Below are positions 1-11,905 of a stretch of 64,000 nucleotides of DNA, in pieces. This DNA is from Vicugna vicugna (lineage: Eukaryota), in assembly GCA_013265495.1 (NCBI GenBank), contig MU058844.1, positions 564,941 to 628,940 on the forward strand, read 5' to 3'. The position numbers and the translations under genes were made by a program. Each line of letters begins with the position of its first letter. The stretch's first letter is position 1. The notes beneath the pieces were generated by a model. That model saw only the letters and a list, made by a program, of their open reading frames with translations, searched no databases and was not told the DNA's origin.

Positions 1-701
1 ATTATGACAAAGGGTGTGGAAGCTGTCATGGGCCCAGGGAGGTGGGCAAAAGCCCCAGTCAAGTTTTGATGGGCTAGAGGTCTGAGTGCCCACTTTCTAG
101 CAAGATGGAGAGATGTCCAGGCTGAAGACAGCCAAAGGCTCCTAGTGTCTTGTCCCTTACTGCTGCTCTCTGGCCCTCCTCCCCAACCGCTTCCATGCCA
201 GTCACTTTGGGAGTGCTAAATTTGTGTTCCCTGAGTGCAGTGACTGAAGAGGTGTCTGACAGAAGAGCCTGGTTGAGATGTGAGAAGTCTGGGTGGAGGT
301 GCGGGGCTAGGTCATCATCACTGGGTGGACCGAAGCACACACTGCTCTTTCTCAATCACTCCTTCCCTGGCAGGGAATGTTGGAACCTTCATTGATACTT
401 CTCGCTTTCAAGGAGCTGACCCATCAGACTTGGTTCCAATTCCCCTCTCTTTTTTCTCACCCTTTTACTTCAGTGAAACCCTTTATTTCACTATATTTAC
501 CATCCATTTCTGTCGGTCTCTTTTGTGGACAGCATCCTTGATCCTTGCCCTATTCCCCACGCTAGTATACTGGAGATAATCTTTATATTATTGGTCTGGA
601 AGTTCTCTTGCCTTCCTCCTCCCTCCCCTCAGACACACGCACACACACTCTCTCTCTCTCTTCCCTCGCCCCACCTCCTTCTCCAAACTCATAAAGACAG
701 A

Positions 702-1160
702 TGTGTGTTAGTTTCTAGGGCTGCTATAACAAAGTATCACAAACTTGGTGGCTTAAAACAACAGAAATTTATTCTCTCACAATCTGGAGGCCAGAAATCC
801 CAAATCAAGGTGTCAGGGTCATGTTCTCTCGAAGTTTCTAGAGGAGGATCCTTCTTTGCCTCTTCCTTGCTTCTCGTGGTTATTGGCAATTCTTGGCGTT
901 CCTTGGCTTGTGGTATAATCACTCCAATTTCTGCCTCCCTCTTCACATGGCTGTCTTCTCTCTGTATGTGTCTGTATCCAAATTTCCCTCTTCTTAAGGA
1001 AGACTAGCCATTGGATTAGAGACCATCCTAATCCAATATGTCCTCATTTTAACTTGATTCCATCTGCAAAGACTCTCTTTCTAAAGATGGTCATGTTCAC
1101 AGGTATTGGGGATTAGGACTTCAACATATCCTTTTTGGGGACACAACTCAATGGATAATA
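702..1160 (-). mobile_element. MaLR solo LTR, MLT1B/C-like
   Basis: Starts tgtgtgttagtttctagggctgctataacaaagtatcacaaacttggtggcttaaaacaacagaaatttattctctcac and ends ggacttcaacatatcctttttggggacacaactca, the reverse-strand MLT1 pattern. Confidence 0.85.
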
Positions 1161-1229
1161 GATGCCTTACAATTGTTTCTAGCTTGGCATTTTTCAAAGT
1201 ACCCTCACAATCCCTGCAGAAAGCAGTTT

Positions 1230-1455
1230 GTAATACCTGGTTAAGAATACACAATTTGGTGCAGATCTGAGTTTAAGTCCTGCCTCTGCCCCTTGGGATA
1301 TGACCTTGGACAACTGACATCAGCTCTCTAAGCTTCAGTTTCCATGTCTGTAAAATGAGGAAAGTAGTCTCACCTACTGTATGATTGTTACATAATGGAT
1401 GCTGAGCCCAGACCCTGACACATGGGCCTTACTCAGAAAACGTAGGTCTCATTGT
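1230..1455 (+). mobile_element. MIR SINE
   Basis: MIR core tgaccttggacaa...tctctaagcttcagtttccatgtctgtaaaatgagg. Confidence 0.75.
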
Positions 1456-2399
1456 TATGCAGGTAGCCTCTTCCCTTCCCTCCTCCACTTGCCCTTGGTC
1501 AGTTGTCACATGGACTGACAGCAGAGCTGGACACTGCAGTTGTGAGTCCCAACAGCACGCTCCACATACAGACACCTACCCACTGTCAGCACACTAAGCC
1601 CCCCGGACCAGAAGATGTCAAGTCAACTCAAGATTTATCCAGGAGACAAGTTGAGCTTTCTACTTCCTTCCTCGTCACTGCCTTGTCTATTTGCCAAGCG
1701 TAAAGTGGCAAAGCATAAATGTTAAGAAAACAATTTTTGGGAATGAGGTGGGGATTGTGAGCTTAGGTCACCCTGGTGGGATGCTCTTTGTAGACAGCTC
1801 CCCTCTCCCCTCCACCTTCTGTGTGTCCTGGAGGCAGGCAAATTCCCCATGCTGTAGACAGAACTCCCCTGCCATGGTTTTCTGCTCATTTCATGCTCTT
1901 TGACGCTGGTGTGGCTCTGAAGGAGTGGTTGGTAAAGACAAACCACCACTTGTTGTTGGGGGAAGAAAATGAAAAGAAAGAAAAAAAATCTAGGCTTTTA
2001 TCTCTGTGTCCCTCTAAATTGCCAAAGGTCTTATTGCTGAGAGAGGGAACAAGTTGGGTTTTATCTTTCTGCCCCTGCCAGGCAGCCACACGAACATCGA
2101 AGGTCTCAGGGCCCTGGGGGGTGGGGGGTGGGGAGATGGGGTGTAATGTGAGTAGAGGCAAAACCAGGCTGGGCTCCAGCAAGGAGTGCTGGGTGCTTCC
2201 AGGGAGTTGGGCTCCTTTGATGGTGGCTGTCTAGGCAGGAGGAGGAGGAGCTCACAGTTTTAGCAGGAAAAGAGGAGGCTCTAAGATGTCTGAAGTGAAA
2301 TGGATGAAACCATTCTGTGTATGGAGAACAAGATGTTCTCCCCACATTCAAAATGCTGGCTGCCTGGTGAAGAGGTGGGGGTCACACTGCATGGCACGA

Positions 2400-2620
2400 T
2401 CATAGTTATCACCAGTTTTTTTCTGCACACATAGAATGTGCCAGGATCTGTGGTAAGCGCTTCACATTTAGTTTCACTTAGTCTTCATCACAACCTTGTA
2501 TTATAGGAATTGCTATCTCATTCTACCTATGAGCAAACTGAGGCTAAAGGGGTTAAGTGACTTGCCTGCGGTCACCAGGACAGCTCAGTCTGACACCAAA
2601 GTTTGCCCTCAACCACTAGG
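2400..2620 (-). mobile_element. MIR SINE
   Basis: Reverse core gagcaaactgaggctaaaggggttaagtgacttgcctgcggtcac. Confidence 0.75.
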
Positions 2621-2854
2621 CTCTGTGACTTCCTAACATGTTTTGAAATGCTACGAACACAGAAACAAAGCAGGAGAAATTAATCTTCTTTCAGTGACCA
2701 ATAACGAATATAGAGAAGGTAGGTACTAGAGAGGATGGATCTAGAGTTTGAGATGGATACAACTTTTGTTTTATGTGTGACCCTCGATGGATGCAAGTTA
2801 TATCTGAACCTCAGATTTTCATCTGTAAGATGAGAATGTTCACAGATACCTTAT

Positions 2855-3430
2855 AGTCTATAGGATGCTTTGGGGTATATGACATAGAAAACTCCTATTC
2901 AGCTTACTTCAATAAAAAAAAGTTTATTATCTCACATATCAGGAAGTCCCAAGGAAGACCAGTTCCAGCCTTGGTTAGTTCAGTGGCTCAAAAATGTTAT
3001 CAAGAACCCATCAATTTTTCTTCTTTCTGCTCTGCCATATTAGGTGTGACACATTTTGTCCTTAGTCAAGTTAGCTCCTCTCAGGATTGCAAGATGGATG
3101 TGATGTTTCCAGGCATTACATGTAGACTCAATAAAGGTTGTGCTTTTCCCCACATGGGTTTTTTTTAAGAGCATGAGACCTCTTTTTTTTTTTTTTTTCA
3201 GAATCTCTTTCCCTGCCCTTACCTCCCAGCCATGTCTAATCAATCACTGGCAAGGAAACTGGGACCACCATGGGGGCCTTAGACACATCAGGCTTTACTT
3301 CTGGGGAAAACTGGGGTAGGGGCCCTTTCCTGAGACTTGTAGGGGAAGGTGAACACTTCTGGTCCAATGCTGGAGTTCTTTTACCACTGAAGAATAGGGA
3401 ATAACTGTTGGGTAGACATCTTAATATATC
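2855..3430 (-). mobile_element. Old MaLR LTR (MLT1K/L-like)
   Basis: gacatagaaaactcctattcagcttacttcaataaaaaaaagtttattatctcac...caagatggatg resembles an old MLT1 LTR on the reverse strand. Subfamily uncertain. Confidence 0.55.
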
Positions 3431-3816
3431 CTATAGAATGCCCAGTGCCCAGCACAGAGCCTGGCAGCTCTGAGAGCTTTTTCCCCCTTCCCATCCACTC
3501 AGCTAAATGAGGGGAGGCAGCCCATTTTGATTGGTTAAGTTTCCAATTATGAGATATTTTTTAAAAGATATATTGTTATGCCTTTATGCAGTCCAACAAT
3601 TCAGGGATTTGAAAAACAAAAAGAGTATTCAGGGATCATCCTGGCTAAGAACTCTTTGGGAATGGAGAGGGACAGCAGAAGATCCATTTATTTTATTAAG
3701 CTTCAGGAAAAGATAAACTCATGACTCTCATACAGATATAAAATGAACATGTGTTAAAATGAACATGCCATTTTACTCATAGGATACAAGGGAACTAGGC
3801 AGATGTTATAACTGGC

Positions 3817-4279
3817 ATATTAGTTTGCTAGGGTTGCCATAGCCAAGTACCTCAAACTGGGTGGCTTAAACCACGCAAATTTATTGTCTCACAGTTCTGG
3901 AGGCTTGAGGGCTGAGATCAAAGAGTTGTTGGCAGGGTTGCTACCGTCCAAGGGCTGTGAGGGAGAACCTGTTCCATACCTTTCTCCCGGGTTTGGAGGT
4001 TTCCTGGAAATCTACAACATTCCTTAGCTTATAGATGTGTTATCCTGACCCCTGCCTTCCTCTGTTTGGTGTTCTCCCTGTGTGCATGTCTCTTTGTCCA
4101 AATTTCTCCCTTTTATAAGGACACAATCACACTGGATTAGGGCCCACCCTAATGATTTCATCTTAGCTCGATCATCTGCGAAAACCCTATTTCCAAATAA
4201 GGTCACATTCAGAGGTATTGAGGGTTAGGACTTTGACATATCTTTTTTGGGGGGAGGGGATACTATTCAACCTGTAACA
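3817..4279 (-). mobile_element. MaLR solo LTR, MLT1C-like
   Basis: tattagtttgctagggttgccatagccaagtacctcaaactgggtggcttaaac...aaaccctatttccaaataaggtcacattc; homologous to 702-1160. Confidence 0.85.
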
Positions 4280-5864
4280 ACTGTTTCAAAGGAAAAGCCA
4301 AAATAGCACAGTAATATCAGTAAAGGGATGTTGAGATGAATTGCAAATGGAGACAAAACTTTTTTCCACAGGGCTGGTTGTTGTTGGTGGGGGTGAGGGA
4401 GGTTATCAATTCAGTCATTACCACAAGGATAGAGATTACATATCTACCAGTTATCTATGATTTACAAAGTTCTGCAAAACAACTCTTAACACAATGAACA
4501 GGGGTAGAATCTCATAACCGGCTATAGATGATACATAGCATTGAAACATAAAGTATTTTCCCAGACTGCTATTAGTCCATTCATTTTATTTCATGGATTA
4601 AGTGGTCCTAAAATCTGCTGAGCATTCAGTAGTCCTGGAACCTCATTTGCATGATTCACTTTCTTGGCAGACTTGCAGCCACCTCCATCTTCTAGTCCTG
4701 TTTGCAGTAGCATTGGTGGGAGGTTTGGCCATGTTTCTGCAGTGGGGCTGTTGGATGCTTAAGGATGGCAGAGTTGTAGAGTTACAGATGTCCTCTGTTC
4801 ATTCCCACTTGGTCACCTCAGGGAGGCAGGAGACCAGGCTTCTCAGATACATTCCCACAGCTGCATGAGCTGCACCATCTGGGACACCATGAGCCGTGTT
4901 CTGTGTTGTATTTACCATCTCTAGTCTTCCTGCCTCAGCCTCCAAAATGTGCAAGGCAGAATTCCCCGGTGTTTGCTGGACCTGCTGAAATTCTTTCCAT
5001 GGCCACATGAATGTGAGAGAAAAGAACTGACAGAGACAGAAACAGATTTTCAGAGTTTCTGTGTATTAAAGAATGAAACACAAGCTGAACTTCTTCAGAA
5101 AGTGCTTTAAGAAATTGTAGACACAGGGGCTCAAGAAGGAGATGTCTTTCTCTTTGATAAAAATAACTTTGGGAAAAGATAAATTCAGGAATTCTCTCCC
5201 CCATGATTCATTACTCTTTGGCATTCTTACTGTATCATTTCCCTCTTTTTACTATGTTGCTTTTTTTTTTTTTTCCAGAAAGAGAAAATCTTACTGGAGA
5301 AAACCAGGCCAAGCTCAACAAGGCCAAGGAACTTTCCCGCAAGAAATGATTCTATCTGTAACAAGGCCAGTCTCGTGGACTGCCGCTCATAATCTATAGG
5401 AAAGCAGTAAATTTCCTTTCATCTTTTTGCCCAATTTTCTCATTTACTCCCACTTATTTAAGCTCTGACCAATTTCTTAGGTTTCACCCTTCCCAGCAGT
5501 TCCCCAAGCAGTTGTCCTGCCATGGTCAAAAGTCTCAATCTTAAATTCTTCATCGATACTATAGGCCTCTGCAGGCAGAACCCACCCTCTAAAGCTTGGG
5601 TGGCCCTTGTCATTTCTCTCTCCTGTCTGTTGGTGAACTCTCCTCACATGTCTGAAGAGAAAACAGAAGAGGAATGCTCTTTGCATTTTGTCTCTAAATC
5701 CCAGGCCAAGTTTCCTTCAGGCTTCTCAGTTTCTTCTGAGACCTCATTTGCCTGGCTGATTCATTACCTGAAACCCTGAGCCCTATTCTATCTCTTAGGA
5801 ACTATATACTCTTTCTAGACTTTGCCAGTTCCCCTCACTTATTCCTTCTTTTCAGCTTTTTCCC

Positions 5865-6240
5865 ATTTATTAAGTACTGATTACATGATGGGCAGTTTTT
5901 TTGTTTTTTGGAATTTTTTTTTTTTGGTGAATGGGCAGAGGTCATTATGTCTATTTATTTATTATTAGTTTTTTTTTAATGGAGGTACTGGGGATTGAAC
6001 CCAGGACCTTGTGCATGTTAAGCATGTGCTCTACTACTTGAGCTATACCCTCTCCGCTGCTAAGCACTTTAATACATTATTTTATCTCATCTTCAACGCA
6101 GCTCTGTGGAGTAGGTGCAGTAATGATTCTCAGTTTATAGTTGAGAAAGCAGGTTAAAGATGGTTAGAAGACCAGCCTGTGGTCACGTGGCTAAGTTGAA
6201 GAATCAGGATTTGAATACAGGCCTAAATGATGAAAAAGCC
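5865..6240 (-). mobile_element. MIR SINE interrupted by a younger SINE
   Basis: tttattaagtactgattacatgatgggca lies before the SINE and tgctaagcacttt...ggtcacgtggctaag...ggatttgaatacagg after it. Confidence 0.65.
5895..6055 (-). mobile_element. tRNA-derived SINE, camelid Vic-1-like
   Basis: Minus strand reads ggagagggtatagctcaagtagtagagcacatgcttaacatgcacaaggtcctgggttcaatccccagtacctcc (Pol III A box tagctcaagtagt, B box ggttcaatcc), followed by an A-rich tail. Confidence 0.85.
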
Positions 6241-6706
6241 AATATAATTTACTTGCATGATCATGTGCCATGGGGGAGAAGCTTGTAGTATAAGACTCTA
6301 GGGAAAAAATGCTGAAATCAATATATTTTGTCAGCTACAAAACTTTGAAGAAGACGAGCTGCTAGAAGTGATTAGGGTGGGGGACTCAGGTTAGGTAAAT
6401 TATGGTGAGTTATTGGTGTTCTCACAATGTGGTGCTTCCTTTTTTTCCTTGGATTGCTTCCTTTCATAGACTTCTCTCAAAGGCTGAGACTATCCTGGGG
6501 CCGCATTAAACTCTCTGAAGGCAGAAGGTTACACGATTTTCTGGGGATCAGACTTTTAATGAATTCTGGCAGGGATGGTCTAGCATGTAGACATTTCTAA
6601 ATTTTCAAATATGAAATTTAGAAAATTTAGAAACATATGAAATTTTATCTTTGAGGTTCCTCATCTCCCATTTTTGTTATCCTTTTCCTTTTTAAAATAA
6701 ACCCAC

Positions 6707-7165
6707 TGACAAAGATGTTTTGCTTGACCAAACTTTAGTCTGGTTTCTGAGCCTTCTCCTAGGTCCCTCTGTGAACTTCCTTATAACAATCTAATTTTAA
6801 CAAGAACCTGGTAAGTCAGTTTAACCAGAATCTCACAACCTTGATATCTGATCACCCTCAGTATGGATCAGGCCCCTCATCCTCCAGCATCTCCCAGGTA
6901 ATATCTGATCACCTTGGCATGTCTTCAGCAAGAATGGTGTTAGGTGGATTTAGCCAAAATCTCTCCTACCCCTGATTTTTCCTCTTGGTAATTTTGCACT
7001 GATGCCCCTAACCTTGTTCCTTGGCTATAAATTCCCACTTGCCCATGCTGTTTTCACATTTGAGCCCAATCTCTCTCCCTCACTGCAAAATCCCATTGCA
7101 GTGGTCCTTATACCTATCATGATGGTCCTGAATCAAGTCTGCCTTTACTATCTTTAACAAGAACA
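6707..7165 (+). mobile_element. ERV1 5' LTR, MER31-like
   Basis: Begins TG (tgacaaagat...tgaccaaactttagtc), has repeated atatctgatc motifs, a TATA-like ctataaa at ~7026 and a decayed poly(A) signal aatcaa at ~7131, and ends ...aaca just before a PBS. Confidence 0.8.
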
Positions 7166-7169
7166 GTTA

Positions 7170-7187
7170 TGGTGCTATGACTTGGAA
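7170..7187 (+). other. Retroviral primer-binding site, tRNA-His type
   Basis: tggtgctatgacttggaa matches TGGTGCCGTGACTCGGAT (complement of the tRNA-His 3' end) at 14/18; 3 of the 4 mismatches are CpG-decay transitions; it sits 4 nt after the LTR end. Confidence 0.75.
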
Positions 7188-7458
7188 TAGATCAGGTTCA
7201 TCACTGGACCCCCAGACCTCTCACCTAGGACCCTAAGAGTGCATCTTTGCAGCCTTTGTCTTCAATCCCGAATGACTGCTCAGGGATCCACTGAAGAGTC
7301 TAACTCCTGAACCAGGGCTCCAGACAGACTTCCTTTGAAGCTGGTAAAGACAGATTTTGACTCTTAAGATTCAGAGTATACTCCAGAAGCTGAGTCAGAG
7401 TCCCAGACAAAGATGCTGGGTGAGAGTCCAACGTGTCTCTGTCAGAAGCTGAGTTAGA

Positions 7459-7643
7459 CAGCTCATTTCTTTTCATTTTTTTCCTTTTTTCAGCTGAGAT
7501 CTGTTTATTTTTTATTTTGGGGGGGAGGGGAAGGTAACTCAGTTTATTTATGTATTTATGTTTAGAGGAGGTACTGGGAATTGAACCTAGGACCTTGCAC
7601 ATGCTAAGCATGCACTCTACCACTTGAGCTGTACCCTCCCACA
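7459..7643 (-). mobile_element. tRNA-derived SINE, camelid Vic-1-like, inside the ERV leader
   Basis: Minus strand gggagggtacagctcaagtggtagagtgcatgcttagcatgtgcaaggtcctaggttcaattcccagtacctcc; flanked by 15-bp direct repeats agaagctgagttaga (7444-7458, 7644-7658). Confidence 0.85.
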
Positions 7644-9046
7644 AGAAGCTGAGTTAGAGTCCCAGGCTTCCTTGTTTGAAAGGTGCTTGCTGAGCTGGAA
7701 GTCTCTTCTTCCTGGCTTTCTTTCCTAAGTGAGGAGTATTCCCTGATTTGGGGGGCGGGAAGTCTTTCTCCTTGGCTCTCTAGGAGGCCTCTCTGTTCTT
7801 TCTATGGGATTCTGCTTCTCCAATGGGAACCTCTCCGTCCACTGAAACCCCATTCTTGAACCTCTACTGGTTACATGCTCCATAACTCTGCTGCTGTTCT
7901 TTGGGCATGATTTTGCTGGGATAGTTTGGAACTTCATTGGCTTCTTTGGAAAACTTGAGATCTCCCCAAATTGGCTTTCCTAGGACCTCTCCCTTCCCAT
8001 TGTATCTGCTCCTCTTTCCTCCTCTTGCCACCTTCCTTGTTCCCTCCGGTTCCCCTGAATCCTTTTATACGTCCCCTTCAAACCTCTACCTCCTCCATCC
8101 CTCTGTTCACCCTGCCAGACCTTTCCCTTTCCACTTTGGCCCCCTGGCTTCCTATAGCCACTTGAATTTTAGGCCCCCTACCCTCCATCAAGGGCCCTCA
8201 AGGGACCCAGGGACTTCCAAAAGCACCTGAGGATGAAAAGAGTAAAAAGGGCTACTTAGAAACAGACCTAGATGTGCACTGGAGACATCTAGATAGCTAC
8301 TGGTTATCTACTTGGTCAGTGGCCTAAAATTTGGTCCACAGCCTCCATCAGATTACATATCAGGGCAAAAGAAAATCTTAAAAGTCTCCTCCACAGATAC
8401 TGGTAGACAGGTAATCTTAACTGGTCCCATTTGCTGGAAACACAATTTAGACAAAAATACAAAGTAGAAATAAACTAGAGAGTTTGTATTACTATGTTTT
8501 ACTGACTCATGACTAAAATTTTAGAATAAAGGCTGTAAGATCTCTGTTGCATTTGTATGCATGTTATCAATGCATGTGATTTTCTTCTATTTCTGGATGG
8601 CATTACCAAATTCACTTATAAAATATTTTAAAGGAATTCTTTTGAAACTGACTTAGAGACAAATGAACACATACAAATTAAGTTTTCCTAAAACTGTCAG
8701 AAATATAGAAACCAACCCAACTGTGTTTTAAGTTTACATGATCTGGGATATTCTTTGGTAAATAAAGGTAGTTTTAAAACTGTTGATAGAATAAAACATG
8801 TATGTCTTCAGCAGTTTCAGCATTAAATATAATGTGGATAGACATTTTTTTCCTACCTAGGTTTTTGATTCAAACAAGCTTTTATTGTCTCTACTAAATA
8901 TTCACATTTATAAAACTATAAATCTAACCTCAGAACAAAATGTACAATAAAATGGAATTTCTTGATGCATGTCAAGCATGACAGTAAAAAAGAAAAAGAA
9001 AGAATCGTATGTTTAACTTTTAGGTTTTCTGGTTTTGTGATTTTGC

Positions 9047-9066
9047 GTGTGTGTGTGTGTGTGTGT
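9047..9066. repeat. (GT)10 microsatellite
   Basis: Read directly. Confidence 0.9.
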
Positions 9067-11264
9067 GGATACTTTCCTGACTGGTCAACAAGGGAAATAA
9101 ATAAAGATGATGGCTAGCTTTGTTTAATGTCTCATGAAATTTTTATGAGCAATTCAAGCATAAGTATAAGAACAAGTGAATTAAATAAATATAAGTTGGG
9201 TAAAATTTATTAATGAACTTTCCAACAATAATTTTGCTTTATGTCTACTTAAAAATAGTTGCAAAATTTTTTTGATAATTTGAAACCTTAAAGCTACATT
9301 AAGTTAAGTTAAATAATAGAATTCATTGAATATCTAGATAATTTCCAAATAAGATAAAATATTGAGACATAATTGCTGAACATAAGTTTATTTTTGGTAT
9401 CTTGTTTTTATACATTACAGAGAAGCTAATATATTTGCATCTGTTAATAAGCATCAGAAATTGTACTATGAAAAAGACATCCCTCTAGAAAATTATGAAA
9501 CTATATATTCATAAATTGGCTATAGAATGAAAGTAATGTGGCAGACAGTTCATAATCTTCCACTCCTTGTTTTCGCTGAAAATTAGGGTTGCTAATGGTT
9601 AAAAATTCTAATCAATATGTATAAATGAATCTATTAGAAATAATAAAGGCAGAGAAAAAAATTCTGTGTGCAGAAAGTAAAATATGCTTTTGATAAGGGA
9701 GGGTATGACGTATGTGTTTTTGTTAAGGGAAAAAAAGAGTAGTTTTGTCCTAAAGTAGAATAGCTTATTGTTCCAGAATTAGATATAAGAGAGTAAGACA
9801 AAAAATGAATCAGTATTAAAAAAATTTTTTTAGAAGATTTATGGAAAAGGAAGCTTGGAAAAAGAATTCTTTTCTTGTGTGGCCAAAACTGGCCAAGATT
9901 GGATGGATTTGTTTACATGGGTTTTTAAAAAACCTTAGCCTTAGTATTAATGGTTCATTGATACAAAGCTACAGCTTGATTTTCTCCCTCTGTTGCAAAG
10001 TTTTCTTAGATTATTGGTTGGCTCTTAATAAGAAATTGTAAAAAAAAAAAAAAAAAGAATTTTCTTTACCTTTTAAGTAATCTGCCTGGGAAATCAAGGC
10101 TGTGTCTTAAAATAATTTCCTGTGCTTCATGCTGTCTTCATCAGCTCTTTGATTACTTAAGAAAACCAAGTCTTCTCAATATTAACAGAGCTAAGTTTTT
10201 TTTTTAACAACCATGTAACTTTCTGTATTTGCCTTCGAAATCTTTTAATGGCCACTTTGGTTAAATGGATAACTAAGTTATGTTTTGCTGTGACCTGTGA
10301 TCCTATTTGGTCAAGTGTGCAAATCTTTTGACATTTTTGACAACTTTCCAAAATCAAATCCTTAAATGGAGTCTTTTTGACTTCGAACTAACTACAAGAT
10401 TTCCCTGAAGCACTCCTAGAAAATCTCAAAGGATTTGTCTGTCACCTGGTAAAGGAAACGTGTTAAGCTAATTAGGTTGAGCTTGCTTCTCAAGGCTCAC
10501 AGCACTAGGATGTCTTTCTCCTTAGAAGTTGATTAGCGTGACTTGGGCCATTGAATTAGGACTCCCCACCTCCTGAAGCAAAGATTAATTTGGACTGTTT
10601 CTGGTTTTGCATTGGAAAAAGAAATTTCCAGCTTTTTCAGATAAGATCTTGGTCATTTACAAAGGCTATTACCTTTTCTCCACCCAGCAGGCTGTGATGG
10701 TCACATATGGTCATTGCTGGGGCCACCTCACCCTGGGAGGTCTTTCGAAAAGCTGAAAGACAACACTCTGGCCTCAGACCAAATGTGGAGTGGAAATGGC
10801 CTGGCTACTTGGCAGCTTCTCTGACAGCAGCCCGGCTTGTGGAGGCATCTAGTATCAGGAATATCTTGAGCTCAGGTCCTGGGAAAATTTTTCTCTGCTG
10901 CTTTTGTGGAAAAAAAAAAGAAAGCTTTAGAGGCTCTGTGTATATGTGTGTGTGTGTATTATATGTCAAATATTTTCAGAAACCTTGGAACTAACCAAAA
11001 TGGGTTTCAATCTAGAAACAGTATGTCATTTACGATTGAAACTTTTTATAACTCTTAAGGTTGAGGAACAGAGATTGTTACAGCAAGTTTTTTTTTTTTA
11101 AACTGCAGTTATTTTGGAGGTATGAGGTTGGGAAAGCAGATCGTAATTTAAATTATGTGCCAGACATTTTGCATGCAATTTTATATGAAGACTGGGAGTC
11201 AGGATTTGGGATCTGTAGCCCAAACTGACTTCAGGAACATGCAGAAGAAAAGAACAGTGAGAGA

Positions 11265-11490
11265 GTAACAGTGATTAAGTGTGTTGGCTCAGGTGTTGGT
11301 CAAAATCTCAGGTTATTAGCTGTGTAACTTCTGGACAAATAACTCTCTAAGTCTATCTGCAACATGGGAAGAATAATGCTTACTTTTTGAGTTGTAAGGA
11401 TTATTTGCAATAATATATGTAAGGCGCTTAGCACAGTTTTAGGTACACATTAACTTCCCAATAAATGGTGGCTTTTATTATAATTACTAT
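11265..11490 (+). mobile_element. MIR SINE
   Basis: ttattagctgtgtaact...atatgtaaggcgcttagcacagt...caataaatggtggc 3' end. Confidence 0.75.
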
Positions 11491-11649
11491 TTCTATAATA
11501 TGCCCAAACCAAACTTAACACTTCAGGGCAGCTCCCTTAAGGTGGTGATAGGACTCTAGATTGTAGTTTCTGGGTGGCCTGGAGGGTGCAGGGGTTCAAG
11601 AAGCAGAGGGATCCCATTCTGGAGCAGCTATCTAATTTCTCTTTATTAA

Positions 11650-11905
11650 TGGCAATCACATTTGGACAGCACTTACAGTTTACAACTTGCTGTATCCTCC
11701 CGTTCTCTCCGACATCTTCTGTTTTTGTTACAAAAACATGTGGGGTAGATAAGGTTAGACTAGTTCTTAGATAAGGAAACTGAGGTCCAGGGAGGTTAAT
11801 GACTAGCCCAAAGTTGCACAGCTAATAAATGACAGAATTGCAGAACCAAGATATGAATATAGGTCTTAGAATTCCTAATTCAGGGGTTCTTTCTATTATA
11901 CCACA
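11650..11905 (-). mobile_element. MIR SINE
   Basis: agataaggaaactgaggtccagggaggttaatgactagcccaaagttgcacagcta. Confidence 0.75.

Larger units (their letters stand above)
7166..10480 (+). mobile_element. ERV1 internal region, non-autonomous MER4-group/MER31-int-like, 3' truncated
   Basis: Follows the LTR and PBS: a leader with repeated agaagctgagt(t/c)aga, then a long, very AT-rich non-coding tract typical of MER4-group internals. No gag/pol ORF and no 3' LTR seen. Confidence 0.65.

Noticed and set aside
525..1007. 160-aa ORF
   Set aside because: Runs through an MLT1 LTR. VSRAAITKYHKLGGLKQQKFILSQSGGQKS is translated repeat, not a gene.
5985..6055. tRNA gene
   Set aside because: This is the tRNA-like head of a SINE with an A-rich tail. 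A second diverged copy lies at 7570-7640.
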